Below, in pieces: positions 49,429-64,000 of a DNA stretch of 64,000 bases. Each line of letters starts with the position of its first letter. Position 1 is the first letter of the stretch. The notes under the pieces were generated by a model. That model worked only from the letters and a program-made list of their open reading frames with translations, made no database searches and was not told the DNA's origin. The stretch lies in contig JBITNC010000001.1 in the NCBI GenBank assembly GCA_050084985.1, forward strand, positions 121,272,001 through 121,336,000, written 5' to 3'. Source of the DNA: Nageia nagi. Its lineage: Eukaryota > Plantae > Pinophyta. The translations under genes were made by a program, and so were the position numbers.

Positions 49429-52400
49429 TGAGTAGAAAAACCATCTTCTAGAAGAGGAAAGAGAAAAGAAAGGAAGGTGGAGAGGAAGGTGTCCTCATCA
49501 AAACCCCGCAAGGAAAAATTTTGTCACCATAAGCATATAGGTTGATGAAAAGATATTTTCAATAAGACATTCTAAAGTACAATCATCAGTAAGGAAGAAC
49601 TACAAAAGATCAATATGATGTCCCAAAAATATGTAGATACCTCTTTATCAAAATGAGTATGTCCCACTAGGAAGGAAGAAGATAAGAGGCATACATTTGT
49701 AATCTTACCAATCTAAGAAATTATGAGAAGGAGGGAATATCAAGATATAATCCTAAAACACTAAAATTCTAATCTACCAAGATCACTTGAAAGCTTACTT
49801 AAACATCAACACTCAAAGCATAAATACAATAGCTAATCTCAAAATTTGACACACATATAAATTGGTTCCTCTTATACAAGAAAGCACATACATTAACTAA
49901 GATATTTGTCATTCTCAAAGATAAATCTCTTATAATATCTCTTTCTTACTCTCCTAACACTAATCCTAGAGCATAACTTTGCTTCAACTCTTTGGTGTGC
50001 TATCTCAAGGAGAGAGCCTTCTATTTATAGGCCAAAATACTTCCTTGCATCACCCTTTTAAACAATTATACAATATCATAGCATGCATCATCTTTTTACC
50101 CAAGGCATGCAATTGATAAGGAGTGTAGGATAAGTTACACTACCATATTCACTTAAATGCCTAAGGTATCTAGGGGTTCCTTTAAGTATTGATGAATTTA
50201 CAAGAAGAACATTATAAAACCTTACAATAATTCATTATACATTCCAATAATCCCTTTTAATGTAATATTAGGATAGAGTGAAGAAAAGAGAAGAAAAAGA
50301 GAGTAAAAGAGAGTTATCCTTCATATAGATACAATCAAAGATGAGAACTTTTATATATTTTGAAGTAACCAAGATCTTAGTTTGAGACTCGTTACTTTAC
50401 CATTTTAACAAATGGTTTACAATAGAATCATTAACTAGAAATTGTTTCAATGTAAAAAAAGTATTCATCCAATTGGCAGTTGTTATTATGAGCCTTCATA
50501 CCTAAAGTAAGTAACTTGCACTTCTTAAGTAGAAACTTAAAATCTATAGGTATCTCAAAAAGTAAGATCAATTAGATGCATCATGTACACATTCATATCA
50601 ATAAAGATAAATAAATCAATTAATGCCATACATAAACTAATTAATGGTGCACTATAATTCATCATGAAGATGCCAAGTCAATACTCATAGTCACCTATTG
50701 TATACAAAACATGTATTTATTATTATAATAAATAGAGCATGAAAAAATGCACATACAAGTTCCTCACACATGGATAATTGAATAGTGCTAAAAGACACAT
50801 ATGAGTTCCTCACATATAGATAATTGAATAGTGCAAAAAATATCCATCATACACACATATGAGTTCTTCTCATATGGATAATTAAAACAATACTAATGAT
50901 GGTCTATTATATGCTCAAGGTGTATAAATAGTTCATCACATAAGGATAACTAGGCAAAAAGTACACACATAAATCAATACTATATAGCTAAAAATACTCC
51001 TAGGGATGAAGTTGTTATCACAAATATAAATTGAACACAAGAATTCAAACTTTACTCCCCCTTGAGGGAAACTTAACCAACTTGATAAACTCCCTAAGCT
51101 TATTAACTTAGCTTTCATAAGGGGCTTGATGAATAAATTAGTGGATTTCAAGGAAGATGGACAATACTGTAAGTGTATAATGCCATCCAAAACCTTCTTC
51201 TTGATGAAGTGGGATTGGATTTCAACATATTTTATTCTTTGATGGAAAATAAGATTTTTAGCTAAAAAAATAGCTGATTAATTTTCTAAAAAAATCTAAT
51301 ATGAGAGAGCTTGATCATACCCAATTTATTTCAGAAGATACCTAAGCTAAATAGATTCTTGGGTAGTAAAAAACATGGCTTGGTATTCAATTTCTATGGT
51401 AGAAAGAGAAATAGTAGGTTCTTTCTTGGAATCCTAAGAGATAGCACCTAAAAAAATGCTAAACAATATGTAGAGGTTGATTTCTTATCATCTATATCTC
51501 ACCCATAGTAAGAATATGAGAACCTTGAGAGAACAAATAAGGGCAACTTGGAATACTTGAGAGCAAGATCTTTCATCCTCGTAACATACCTCAAGATTTT
51601 CTTAACAACATTGAGGTGCTCAACATATGATTTTTGCATGAATCGTACCATTAGATTCACCACAAAGGTAATATCTAATTTGAAAATAGTCAAATATAGT
51701 AGACTGCCAATTAATTGCCTATAAGTTGTAGCATATACTAACTAAGAATTAGAGCTAAGAGATAAAGTGATTCCAAGAGAGATTGGAATTGCAATAGATT
51801 TTCACTCTTCCATTCCAAACTTTTGCAAGTTGTATGATATATACTTAGATTGAATAAGATAAGTACAATCCTTGTATTGGTACATTTGAATTCTAAGGTA
51901 GTAGTGTAAGAGACTAAGATCAATCATTTCAAATGTTGCCCTAAGGTTGGATATGCACTCTTGGATGATTTCATCATTATTCCTAGTGATAAAAAGATCA
52001 TCCACATAAAGGAGAATTAAGAAAACACCTTTTCTTTGATTCAACACATATAGAATAGATTCAAAGAAGCACTTGGAGAATCCAATGTCTATAAAGTAAC
52101 CTAAAATCTTCTTGTACTAAGCTTGCTTGCATAGAAAGGAATCTTTTCTTCCACAACAAACATTTTTGGTTGATTCATGTAGATTTCCACATCTATGTCA
52201 CCATTGAGAAAAACACTCTTGATGTCAAGTTGAAAAAGTTTTCATCCTTGAGATACTGAAAGAGCAAGGATTATCCTGATAGTGGGCATATTTACCACTA
52301 GAGCAAAGGTTTTCTCAAAATGAACTCTATATTTCTGAGAAAAAGCTTTGGCCACTAATTGCCTTATATTTCTCAATATTCCAAATAAAATGTACTTGAT

Positions 52401-53650
52401 CTTATAGATCCATTTATTTCTAATCACATTCATCTCATTTGAATAAGGAACCAAGTCCCAAGTTTCATTTTTCATAAGTACCTTATACTTCACTTTCAGG
52501 GCTTCAATCCAACACTTGTACTTTGAAGCTTCCTTGAATGATGAGGGCTCATTTTTGTTAACAATTTTGAAAAATAAGTCTTTTCTCAAGGTCATACTCC
52601 CTATTATCCTTTAGGTTGGAGAATGTTTCTCTTGATATTATCTACATTGATATCCAACCAGATACATGCAATTGAAGAGTCATCTAAATCATCAACATCT
52701 TCATTGGAAGCATATTCTTTAAGAGTTTCATTAAACGTTACATCCCTCGATACAAAAACTATTCTATAGGATGGAGAGTAGATCATGTAGCCTTTATGTT
52801 GACTATCATAGCCCACAAAGATCTATTTTTTAGCTCTTTTGTCTAACTTTTTATTTTTCTCAAAAATAATGTTGGAGAATGCTTCACAACCAAGCACCCT
52901 AAAGTGAGATATGTTGGGTTTCATTCATTTCCATACCTGAAAAGGAGTTTTTTTATCAATGAATTTAGTAAGATAACTATTCAAGGTATAAATTGCAGTG
53001 CTCATAGCTACATGCCATAAGAAACTAGTAAAATTTCCCAACATGCATTTAACCATCTCCATAGTTATCCTCTTTTTCCTTTGTATAATAGCATTTTGTT
53101 GAGGAGTGTATGGAATCATAAACAACCTCTTGATCCCATAGATGGTAGAAAAATTATTAAACTCATTATTTTTATACTCACTCCCATTATCTGATCTTAG
53201 CATTTAATTTTAAGGTTAGTTTAATTTTCAACTACGACCTTGAAATCTTTAAACCCATTAAAGGTTTGATCCTTGTGTTCAAATAGATAACCAAATATCA
53301 TCCTATTGAATTCATCGATGAAGTTAAAGATATAAGATGCTCCTCTAAGTGACTTAATCTAAATGGACCCATCAAATATGAATGCACAAGCTAAAGAGAT
53401 TAGGTTTCCCTTGTTATTTTATATTTTGCAAATCTCTATCTATTCATCTTGCCTAGGATACACTTCTCACATAGACCAATTATGGGTGAAATCAAAGGAA
53501 AACCTTATACAAGTTCTTTATCTTTCATGACTTGAATGCTTTTATGGTTAAGGTACCCTAAAATTTGGTACCAAATATTACCCCTAAAATAGTTAGTATC
53601 AACAACAATATCAATTGCATAAAGGACTTTAACAACATCATCATCTAAAG
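49429..53650 (-). mobile_element. Decayed Ty1/copia element (pre-integrase, INT, RT, RH, 3' UTR, probable 3' LTR)
   Basis: IWYQILGYLN..CEKCILGK; LRSDNGSEY..PYTPQQN; GYDSQHKGY; EPSSFKEA..KNETWDLV; LLYVDDLFI; RH end with GGGGGAG (~51056); PPT-like AAAAGGGA at ~50251-50258; LTR approximately 49429-50249. Confidence 0.9.
50748..50888. repeat. Three short tandem units in the copia 3' UTR
   Basis: ACATATGAGTTCCTCACATAT(A/G)GATAATTGAATAGTGC recurs with variation. Confidence 0.7.
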
Positions 53651-54149
53651 TATCATCATAAATCATAGTATCTTAACTATCACTATCATTTGATTGAGTA
53701 GCAATATCATCAACATAAGCATTAGCAATGGTCATATCATCATTAGTAAGAGAAATAACATGATCATCACCTAGGGAAATATTTTCTTTAATAGCATCAT
53801 GAACACAATCAATATGATTTTTAACAATATTATCATCAATTGCAACATTTTTACTAATGGAAATATCATTATCATTCTCAATTTTCTTAAGTATGTTACT
53901 TACCTCATGAAAACTCTTTATCTTTGAATTTATTATAGACATATAATTATGAACAAAGATAGCATATAATGTGACACATAAGATACTACATAATGTTATT
54001 CTTACATCACATTTTAGTAATATAGGACATAAAGAAATAAATAAATAGGTATTATAACATATAATAGCATCCATGTAACACACACCATTTTGCATAATTT
54101 CAGTAATAGAGTATTGAAGGACCATTATTGTAAAATTGATTTTCAAAAA

Positions 54150-55459
54150 TCACCAATATATCATAATAATTAATATATACGAGCAAGATAATATTTTCTA
54201 ATTTAAACTTACCAAATTGATCAAAGTGACCTTCAAAATATAGGGTATTTTGTAAAAATGTTTTATTTTTTAACTAAAAACCTCTAGAAAATGAATGCAA
54301 GGATCCCAATTTCACATTCTAAAAGTTGCCTACCATTAATATCTAAGGTTTGGGCAAGGTTTTAGGGTAAAAACATCCATAAAATATCTAAAACATAGGT
54401 CCAAAATTTAAGGTGTAAACCAAAAATGAAATTCTACAAAATGAAAATACCTTCAATTTTTCAATAATTTTAGAGAAATAAGGTTTCTTAATTTTGTAGA
54501 AAAATAATACAAATAAAGATCTAACAAAAATTAAGATTGCCTATGAAAAACTTCATAAAAAATGTGGTGCTCTAAAAATAAAAAATCTAGACTAGGTTCA
54601 AGCAACACTTCCATCCAATCCTAATTAGGAAATGGAAATGCAAAAAGGTGGGCACCAATATGTAGAATATTTTTAGTGACCCCTAAGCATAGTTAGAAAC
54701 TATCTAAACATTTGTATTCAATGATGCACATTACATACAAAGATTTAACAAGAAAATAACAAAGTAATATGATAATATAATAGCAATTAAAAATAACTAT
54801 TGGAAGAATGTGAAAAGATTATTGAATTAGATCCATAACCTATGTAAGAGAGATCAAAGAGAATGTACATGTTGTCATACCTTGATAAATGATTACATGC
54901 ATACATTTTGACATGTCAAGAGAGAAGGATATTGGCATAAGAATCCCTTTAATGAATGTAGCCTAAAACCCTATCATATATGCTAACAAAAATATGGACA
55001 CCAATAGTAGCATGGATGTTAATGCCAAGATAAACACTAATACTATTATAGATAAAGTTCTGTAAGCAATATTTGAAGCATAGAAATAAACAAATAAGTC
55101 TATTCTATCATATAATCACAAATGAAAGAATGGTAGAGCTTGCATGATATCAAATTTCTCTCCTAATAGGTGGTGTTGATGAACATATTAGAAGATAATA
55201 AGCATGGACATATCAGGAAGAGATCTCATGATGATCCCATGTGAGGTCTTCCTCCTATTATAGGCAAGTGATCCACCATAATGCATGCCTAGAAGCCAAA
55301 GCCAATGCTAATGTACCTTGCAAAAATAAAAGAAAAACATACATAAGATAGTAAAGTGGGTCAACATAATGAAAATAATATAATTATAGCATATAATGAT
55401 CCAATATAAAGTTTAACTTAATAAAGACACCTAGAGGGGGTCAATATTATGTGTTAATA
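54150..55459 (-). mobile_element. Gypsy 5' LTR + PBS + leader, related to the 19325-25001 family
   Basis: LTR 54661-55459 shares TTTTAGTGACCCCTAAG, GTACCTTGCA.AAATAAA and the GTGTTAA(C/T)A end. PBS TGGTGCCCACC (54657-54647, tRNA-Lys type). Leader 54300-54640 aligns with 23630-24180. Confidence 0.8.
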
Positions 55460-57049
55460 AACTTCATATTAAAATTGAGATTAAATTTAAAAAGTAGAAA
55501 ATATTTTGGGAGGAGAATGATTTAAATAGTACCTTTGTTCCTCTATTTTAGATTTTTCTAGGCTTGAATTTGATCAATGTTTGGTATAGATCCAATGAAT
55601 TTTCTAATAAATGATCTTTTGTGATATTTTTCCTTTGATTAGATTAGAGTGTATGGAATGTTGAGTTACAAAATACCATTATTAAATTCTATTTTTGGAT
55701 TGAGGGGATAATTTAAAATAACCTTAGATTGTTCAAAGTTGAAGAGGCTTAATCAATTATTTGAGAATTTCCCTAAGTCAAACTTCTCCATGATATAAAA
55801 TTATGGAAAGGAGGGATAAACAAGTAGGGAATAATATGAACAGGTATGGGTGTAAGGGAGGGGAAGAAGTAAATGGAAGAGAAGGAAATAAAGAGGGAGA
55901 AGAGTGAATGGTTATAGGAAAGTGAAAGGGAGCGAAGAAAAAGAAGATGATAAGTACACCATCCTATGAAAGTATTTCACATATTTCTAATAAGTAGCCA
56001 CATCTATTTTAATAACTAACAACATGAATACTATATTCATGTTAAAGTATTTATAATATATATGTATTATATAATATAAATACTTAATGCTTAATATAGG
56101 TTTATTATATTATATACATAATATATCATATAACTACCTATTTATCTATCTTACTTACCTAAGAACTATTACAATTGTGTTTAGGGTTTATTTTAAGACC
56201 CCCTTCTATAATTTTCCTTATATAAGCTAAGGTGAATTAATTTAGAAATCATACCAATTTTGATGGTGTTATGTATAGTAAGGAGGGATAATTGAAACAT
56301 AAGTAAAAAAAATATAAACATATGAATTTAAACTTTAAAATTTTATAGCAAATACTTTTCACTAAGCATGTTAGAACTTTTGTACATAGATGCAACTGGA
56401 TGAAAGCACATTGCAACTAGGCATGTGCATGTTGCAATAGAGTGATTGCATATTATAATTAGGAAGTTGCAACATGCAACCACCTAATTATAGCATTCAA
56501 CTAATATATTACAGTAAGTCAATGTAAGGTTGTGCAATCCTATCATATAGTTGAAATAAATACCATATATTTCTTTACCTTGAAACAAGAAAATGTAGTT
56601 CATTTTCCCCACATTTACATGCCACTATATTATTTCAAGTCCATCAATTTACTAAAATTTATGATGTCTTACTATAATGATGAGAAGAGGATTTATTAGG
56701 TGGCTTTAATAATGCAATTATTTTAATTTGTTATGTGTTTGGTTGATATCATGCACCCAACATGTATACCTTACAAGGGTAATCAACTTGTGATTAACCT
56801 TGCATAATTGGATGAAGCAAATAAAAAGTATTTGGAGTCTCATTACAAAGTTCAAGTGGATGCACCAAATAATTATGATATATTAATTTAATAATTTTTT
56901 TAAATTTTTAATTATGATATATTTAATGGTTAACCATAAAATTTTCTATAACATGCCCTTTGATAGACTTTTTATAAAATAAATACAAGATTAAACTCTT
57001 ACAACAATATTACCCACTTGGTAGCCCTTACTGAAAGATTAGATTCAAA

Positions 57050-59340
57050 CATCAAATATCTGAAAAATAAATTAGAGGAATAACATAGGTAATGTTGTTA
57101 AATATGCAATTACTCAACTTCTCTATTACAGAGCATAATTTCTCAATGGGGGTATACCTTATCTCAAAATCTATCAAAGTTTTGTTGATATAATATATTC
57201 CATTTTATCTATTCTCATCATAATTTTAGGAAAGCATTTCCCCAAGGCTCTCAAAGTGGATGATATATACAAAAAGAGTTTTTTATTCTTTAAGAGGAAC
57301 TAAAATGGGAGCATTAGAAAGGTACCTCTTTATATTTTCAAAATCTTTGTGGCAATTTTGATCCCAAATAAACTTCAAATCCTTCTTTAGAAAATGAGAG
57401 AATGGATCACTTATATTAGATAATTAACAAAATAAATATTGTAGACCTTGAATACTTCTTGAATCCTTTAAATTTATTGGGTGATGCATGTATTCAATAA
57501 ATTTTAGTTTCTTAGGAAACACTTCAATACCTCTTATTTAAATAAGGAAGCCAAGAAACTTTACAAAAGAAACTTCAAATGTACATTTTGGGGGATTTAA
57601 TCCCAACTTATACTTCCTCAACCTCTCAAAGATCACCCTCAAATCCATAATGTGGTCATCATTGTTATTGGACTTGGCCAACATATAATTCACATAAATT
57701 TCTAAATAATGACATATCAAGTTATGGAAAATGGTTACTATAGCTTTGTGATGTATGGCTCTTGTAATATTCTTCAATCCAAAATGCATCACAATATAGA
57801 AAATGGTTTCCTAAAGAGTGAAAAGGGTGGTTTTGTGTTGATCATACTTATTTAATAATTTGGTTATATTTGAAAATTAAATCCTTGAAGGATAAAATCT
57901 CATGAGCTGTTGTAGAATGAATAATCATATTAATATTAGGGATAGGAAAATTATATTTTGGATAGGGTTGATTAGTATTCATAAAATCCATGTAACATCT
58001 TATTCCATCATTCATATTTGATGTAAGCATAATATTTGAAAACCATGGAGAATAATCAATTGGTATTATAAATCTTTCCTCCAAATACTTCTTGATTTCT
58101 TTCTTCATTAGTAAGATAATTCTTGGACACATATTTATTAACTTTTATTGAATTGTATTGCTATATTTTTGTACAATAAAACTATGAGTCACAAAATTTG
58201 GATCCAAACTAGGAATATATTCATAATACTAAGAAAAAATATCTAAAAAATTATATATAAAAATTCTACACATGGATCTCTTCTTGAATCAACCATGCAC
58301 CACTTTGATCAATTTTGGATCATCTTTGGCATTAATATTTATATCAATTATTTATTCATTCAATTAATATATCCCATCACTCAATTGAGGTGGCATTGGA
58401 AACACACCCAATCCTATATATAATCATTAGCCCAATCAATAAAAATTAAACCCACTGCACCCCCTAACTACCTAATGCTAATCCTACTCTTCAATAAGTG
58501 ATAATAGTTTAGTTCCATGAACCCTATGATAAATGAAAAAGATATTTAAATTCATAAAAGATGTGCAAGCATTGGTCCTATGCTCATGAAATATATGATA
58601 AATAAAAAGATATTTACATTCTACTAAGAAGGTTTAGGCTCATTATTTCCAAATTGTTTCTGTAGATTAGAATGGATTAGGCCCTTTTCTAAACAATCCA
58701 TGAATATATCATATGGAGCAAGTGGTAACTTTAATTTTTTTCTTCTAGGTGCTTATTTAGGATTTTCCTTTGATTAATCAATCACATTAACTTTATTTTA
58801 TTCTTTCTTTAGAAAACTCATTCTTGTATCTTTAGAAGCAATTCTATACTTTAATGTGCCAATCTCCATCAAGATATTTTCCTTACAAAGTAATTTGTAG
58901 GTCATTAGTAAAAGGTAGATCCATGTATTCAACCACTTATTTCTTCAAGGTGGGGATGACATTTTTCATAAAAATCAAGGTACCATGCTTTATATTAATC
59001 ATTTCTTCAACCACAATCTAAATCTTGTGATAAACTCTCTAACCTTTCATTGGGCCCTTTCTTTGTGCTCATGATATTTGAAATTGTTATTGGTATAGGA
59101 ATATTATGCTTGAATTATTTTAGAATAACATAATAAATTGTTTATATAAAGTGATAAAACCTTGAGGAAGAGAGAAAAATCACTTTAAAGCATCACCCTT
59201 CAATGTAGTCCAAAAATACTTATCTATCAAACTAGGATTCATATCAATTTAAGCTCCAAATTCATTTAAAAGGATCAAATATGTTTTGAACATTAGATAC
59301 CCCTCTCCATTATAGGCATAAAGTGTAGGTCAACTTGATG
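57050..59340 (-). pseudogene. pol: Decayed Ty3/gypsy gag and RT-RH remnant
   Basis: Gag KYFWTTLKGDALK*FFSLPQG (~59170-59225); RT FIIPIDYSPWFSNI, IRCYMDF, FPIPNI, MHFGLKN, LEIYVNYML, LNPPKCTF..KFLGFLI. Confidence 0.88.
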
Positions 59341-59429
59341 CTTTAGAACATAGAATAAAAAGATAGTTTTTTGAAAATATGGCCCAAGGTTAAAGATGTA
59401 AAAATGACTAATAGATGGTTAAAATATGT

Positions 59430-59855
59430 TGAATACGATAAAAATTTACAATTTTTTAAAATTCATAAATACAAAAAAAATGATTAAAAAATGCCAAAAA
59501 ATGGAAAAAATGTCAAAAATTCGTGATGAAAAAATTGGCAAATTTGAGGAAAAAGGGCCAAAACATGGAAAAAATGGCCAAAAAATGATGGGTACGACAA
59601 GTACGATAAGGGGTGTATTCTTTTTTTGCATTTTTTGGATGTTTAAACTGATAAAATGGTAAATATGGAAAAAATGGTAAACATGGGAAAAAATGACCAT
59701 GTTTTCAACTTGCTTTCAACATTTTTTGCCCATTTAAATGACCATTTTTTGCCAGTAAAAATGATGTTTTGGCATTTTTTGAGGGAAAATATGGATTTTT
59801 TGAAAAAATAGAAAAATGACATTTTTTGGATTTAAATGACATTTTTTTATTTAAT
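59430..59855. repeat. A-tract/T-tract low-complexity segment with dispersed inverted motifs
   Basis: AAAAAATGCCAAAA and AAAAAATGTCA on the left; their reverse complements TTTTGGCATTTTTT and TGACATTTTTT on the right. Confidence 0.55.
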
Positions 59856-62357
59856 GCTTTAAAGGAATGGTGTTATGAATCTCATCAAAAAGAGGAATAA
59901 AATCTTCTATAACTTTGGGGCTTTGAAATCTTCTATAACTTTGGGACTTTTAAGATACTTACTTTCTATCTTGTTGACTCCCTTTGTCAAATCATCCAAG
60001 GAAGGATATAATTTCCCACTTCCATTGCTATACTCTCCTTGATCATTTTAATCTTCCTTTTTAAGGGTATATTTAATATATTATAAATTAAGGAAATTAA
60101 TAAGGTTTGGGATCTTAACATTATCCATTTATAAAACACTTAAATTTCAATATTAATTCTATGCAAAAACCCTAGGCTTTTTGGTACAGCTAGTGGAAAT
60201 AGAAGTGTAGTATAAAAATGTCATGTTCACCAATTTGTTGTTAGTAAAAAATTGATTTTAGTTAATGAATAATATCTATTTTAATAAAAAAGAATATAAT
60301 AAAATAATAAAATAAATGGAAGAATGATCAATAATGTTCTTCAAAATACCTAATGATTTTATGATATAGAATTATTCAAATCTAAGTAAAAATATTCTAC
60401 CAACCTATCATTTATCTTTTCTAGATGGATCACACCTTGAATTTAAACCAATGAGGATGATGACATCATATATTTGAATTTTGGACATACTTCCTTCACA
60501 ATCATAGGATGTTGACATATCTAATTAGGTCTTCTATATGCTAGAACATTGCATGTAATTAACAATGACATCAAACTCAAAGTTCATCAAATATTCCTAT
60601 CAATATGTTAAACTTAAACTATAATATCATGAAAAAGGAGTGTAATAAATAATGAGGTATAAAATATAGACTTGTTAGGTGGTGATGAGAATTAATGATC
60701 ATTGAATGTATCAATTTCTCTATCAAGGTCTAGATATGATTGAATCACATCCTTCCTTTCTTTTATAGAAAGAGTATCAACTATAAACTAAGCTTCAATT
60801 CTTAGCACTACTTAGAATTGTCACTAAAAATATAGAAAAGAGTGAAATGTATTTTATTTGAAGAATATAACTCAAATATAATAATAAAGCAATTAATATA
60901 CTTATATACCTAAAATATGATGCTTAAATAAATAAAAATCAAATTTAGGTGTTAACACTTCCAAATAATTACATGGAAAAATATTATGATTTTTCTTCTA
61001 CAAGGCCATATTCACCCTCCATTAATTAAATAGAATTGTATAGAGAGATATCATGCTTTCTAAAGGTCTTAAAATATAACAAATATAGATTTATTAGAAA
61101 TAAGACTTCACAATATTTTGAAAGAGTTGTGATATTAAAAATTTAGATCAATATCAAGGGAGATATGGCTCTTTGAAGTTGATTCTATGATTTATATTTT
61201 TTATAATTTTGATGTGTGAGAATGAACCTAATCCCTAAGGAAAAAACCTTTTATTTTTATTAAGTAGTTATATTTCATTCGCCTCTTAATTTCTTAGTTA
61301 ACTTTCTTTGTTATACATAATTATTTCAAATAAATTTAACTTTAAAATTTTTGTTGGCACTTGCATACATCAACATCCAAACAATTATGTAGGCTCTTTT
61401 CTTATGATGAAAGACAATATTGGATTCCCTATAAACTATATCCATATACACATAGATTCTATGACTAAGGGCTATTATTTTATGTTAGATCTCATGCATT
61501 AATGGTCTATACAAATTCAAAAAATAAGGGCTTTTATAGCAGAGTGTATTTTTTCATAAAGTAACATGTGAAGTGAGGATCATTTATTGCATCCAATACA
61601 CACACATTCAACTTGTTCATCTAGAAAAGGAATATTGTATAAGATATTCATTAACAAAAATGATCCTATCAATATATCATAATAAAATCCAAGCTAATTA
61701 TTTGAAACCTTATATTTATATGTAATCAATGTGGTAACTTAAGACCATTGTTCAAATTGATTACAACAACTTAAGAATACATACCTTTGACTTATAAATT
61801 TTGTTGAATAAATCAAATATACAACAAACTTTGAGGTCTTGCTAAACAAAGAATCTTCATCATCATTTTGAATGAAAGCATGAAGGGTAATCAAAATTTC
61901 AAATTAAAAAGTTTGCCTTCAAGGTAAATTTGGAACAACACTATGAGAAAATAAGATGTTCCACTATTTTTCTTAAGGTGATATGAGGATACCTCAAATA
62001 GTTGTGCATAATACTATATGATGCTTACCATAAGCCTACACCATACATAGAAGTAACACTATGTCTACACATAACATGTAATTTGTTAAATTAATTAGCT
62101 TAGAATTGATTAAGGGGACAAAATACCTAACATAATAGGGTATGTGGTCCATTTTCTTGATCAATTCTTTATAATGATTGAGAACTAAAACCTATGTGTA
62201 ATTATTTTCAAATGATGTGTCTTCCATAAAATTCTTATATTCTTTTCAAGTTTCATGTACAATTGGATAATTTTATTACATTACATTACCTTGCATTATG
62301 CATTCATTTTATTATATTTCTTGAACCTATAATGAAATACTATGAAAGCATGAGAAA

Positions 62358-62361
<4 letters not shown>

Positions 62362-62388
<27 letters not shown>

Positions 62389-62389
62389 A
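62362..62389. repeat. (TA)n microsatellite
   Basis: 14 perfect TA units. Confidence 0.97.
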
Positions 62390-63399
62390 CTTTAAGAATA
62401 TAGGTTTTTAAGCAAGGTTGCAAAACCTACATTACATATTGTTCGAAACCTAAAATTATTTTTGAAGTTTTGATGAATAATCCTAGTACATTAGATATTA
62501 ACTAAAAATGCATAGAGAAAAAACATATAATGGTTATTTTCATGTATTATCCAAATATTCCTTAGGTCTTGTAATATTGGTGTCTTCATTCTTTGTTACT
62601 ATGATCCTTGGCTTTTTTCCGTTATGTTGATTCTTCTTATTAATAATAATATTCTTCAACATGTGCTTCTTTTTATTGTGGAGTTTCTTATTTTTTCTTC
62701 TTGGATCTTAAAGAACCTAGAGAGGCCATGAAAGATGGAAGGTAGGTGGGGATGGTGTATGAGGGGCACCATTGAGGGGAAGAAGAGGGGTGTGAAGGAA
62801 GGAGGAAATAGGGGAGGGAGAAGGGGAGGGAACAAGTGAAGGAATGGGGGAAGGTATGAGTATAGGAAAATAGGAATGAGAGGGTAAGGGGAGGGGAGAG
62901 GGAGCTGAGGGAGTAAGTGGAGTGAGAGGTGAGGTTGATTTTATGCTCTATTTGGTACACTTGGAGATAGGGGTTTTAGTAGGAGAAGTGGAATGAATTT
63001 TGGATTTGTTAGGTTTCTTTCTTATGGTTTCAATGGTATAAGAAAGGGAGGGTTAATCTCAAGAAAATATGATTTGACATAAGGAAGAGAGTTAATGACA
63101 CAATGATAGAGTAAGGTGATAAAGCCTTGGTGAAGGGGTTTTACTTATTTCCTTAATTATTCTAGTATAATGGATTTTTCCAGATAGTTGAGATAAAAAG
63201 GAAAATAATATAGATTACTTATATGAAAATAATTTAACAAAATGAAATGGTAGCTAAATAGGGTAGAGTACCTCTTTTCAAATATAACATACTACATTAC
63301 AGCTTAGGTGATCTAGTTCCATGGGTGGGGGATGGAATACCTTTTTGAAACATAATGAAAGGTGATGTATTCATCATCTTCATTATGAATAAATATATC

Positions 63400-63670
63400 A
63401 ATATCCTCTTTTTTATACTTGTGTTACTTCATATGATATATTCAGAGAAAGCTAAGGCCTATAGCTACATCAATTGAGTTAAGAGAGATTTTAAACTTTA
63501 TCTTTTCCACTTGAACCTAGCCCTCCTTCTAGGTATTTGTGACTGCTCAAATCACCATGGGCATTACCTTAGAATAATGTATCATAAAATCATAAAACCC
63601 TCCATTATGTGGTGCTTCCCAAACCTTCACATCTTTGTTGAAATTGGAAGGAAATTTGGACTCCATTATG
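63400..63670 (-). pseudogene. Decayed retrotransposon extra-ORF fragment
   Basis: MESKFPSNFNKDVKVWEAPHNGGFYDFM...KEG*VQVEKIKFKISLNSIDVAIGL, resembling the N-terminus of accessory ORFs in gymnosperm LTR elements (recognised by pattern only). Confidence 0.35.
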
Positions 63671-64000
63671 GGAGGTTTCCAAGGATGCAAAGTGAAAATA
63701 GAGAGGTAGGTACAACCATTTCAACTTATTAAGGGTGTTATAATTATGTTACATGCATGAGTTATATTAGTCTTATCAATTCTTAATTGGTGATCTCTTT
63801 GCTTCTAGGCTTAGATTATTGTAAGCTAGCCATGCATTTTCATGATGATATCATATTCGATGATGGGCCATGTGGGATGAGTGATGTCTCTTAAGGTTGT
63901 TGGTTGTTGAAAGCAGTTGATCAAGTTGGTTATTTTTCTCAAAGTTTATTTAATTTGAATTTTAGTTGTAGATATTGGAGGAAGGTTGCAAGATATTTGT

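Noticed and set aside
60200-62340. Possible DNA-transposase remnant
   Set aside because: No recognisable motif in the frames I could read; left unassigned.

Overview
AT-rich, heavily C-to-T-decayed plant intergenic DNA made almost entirely of nested retrotransposons. A gymnosperm/conifer origin is inferred from the PR-aRH-RT Tat domain order and the PPR motif style. No intact host gene is visible, and the only long intact ORF is a 420-aa retrotransposon gag (11955-13217). Resolvable elements, left to right: (1) a composite copia insertion (231-4743), in which a non-coding two-LTR element is fused to an INT-RT-RH fragment and the whole is flanked by a duplicated target; (2) a decayed Tat-type gypsy carrying an extra RNase H before RT and a 3' extra ORF; (3) nested in it, a comparatively young gag-only element (10224-14971, TSD GATAT) and a 1.5-kb chromovirus-derived mini-element (15414-16929); (4) an older gag-only gypsy (19325-25001, TSD GATTG); (5) two PPR relics, a CpG-rich PLS-repeat relic at ~32.0-33.05 kb and an E/E+/DYW pseudogene at 41.8-42.55 kb; (6) a pol-less copia, an L1-type LINE 5' fragment, and further copia/gypsy remnants. 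I cannot support a wholly new biological system from sequence alone. The best leads are the composite single-event copia insertion, the poly(A)-joined gag-only element, and the PPR-derived CpG island that may be a non-coding small-RNA locus. All alignments, translations and counts were done by eye.
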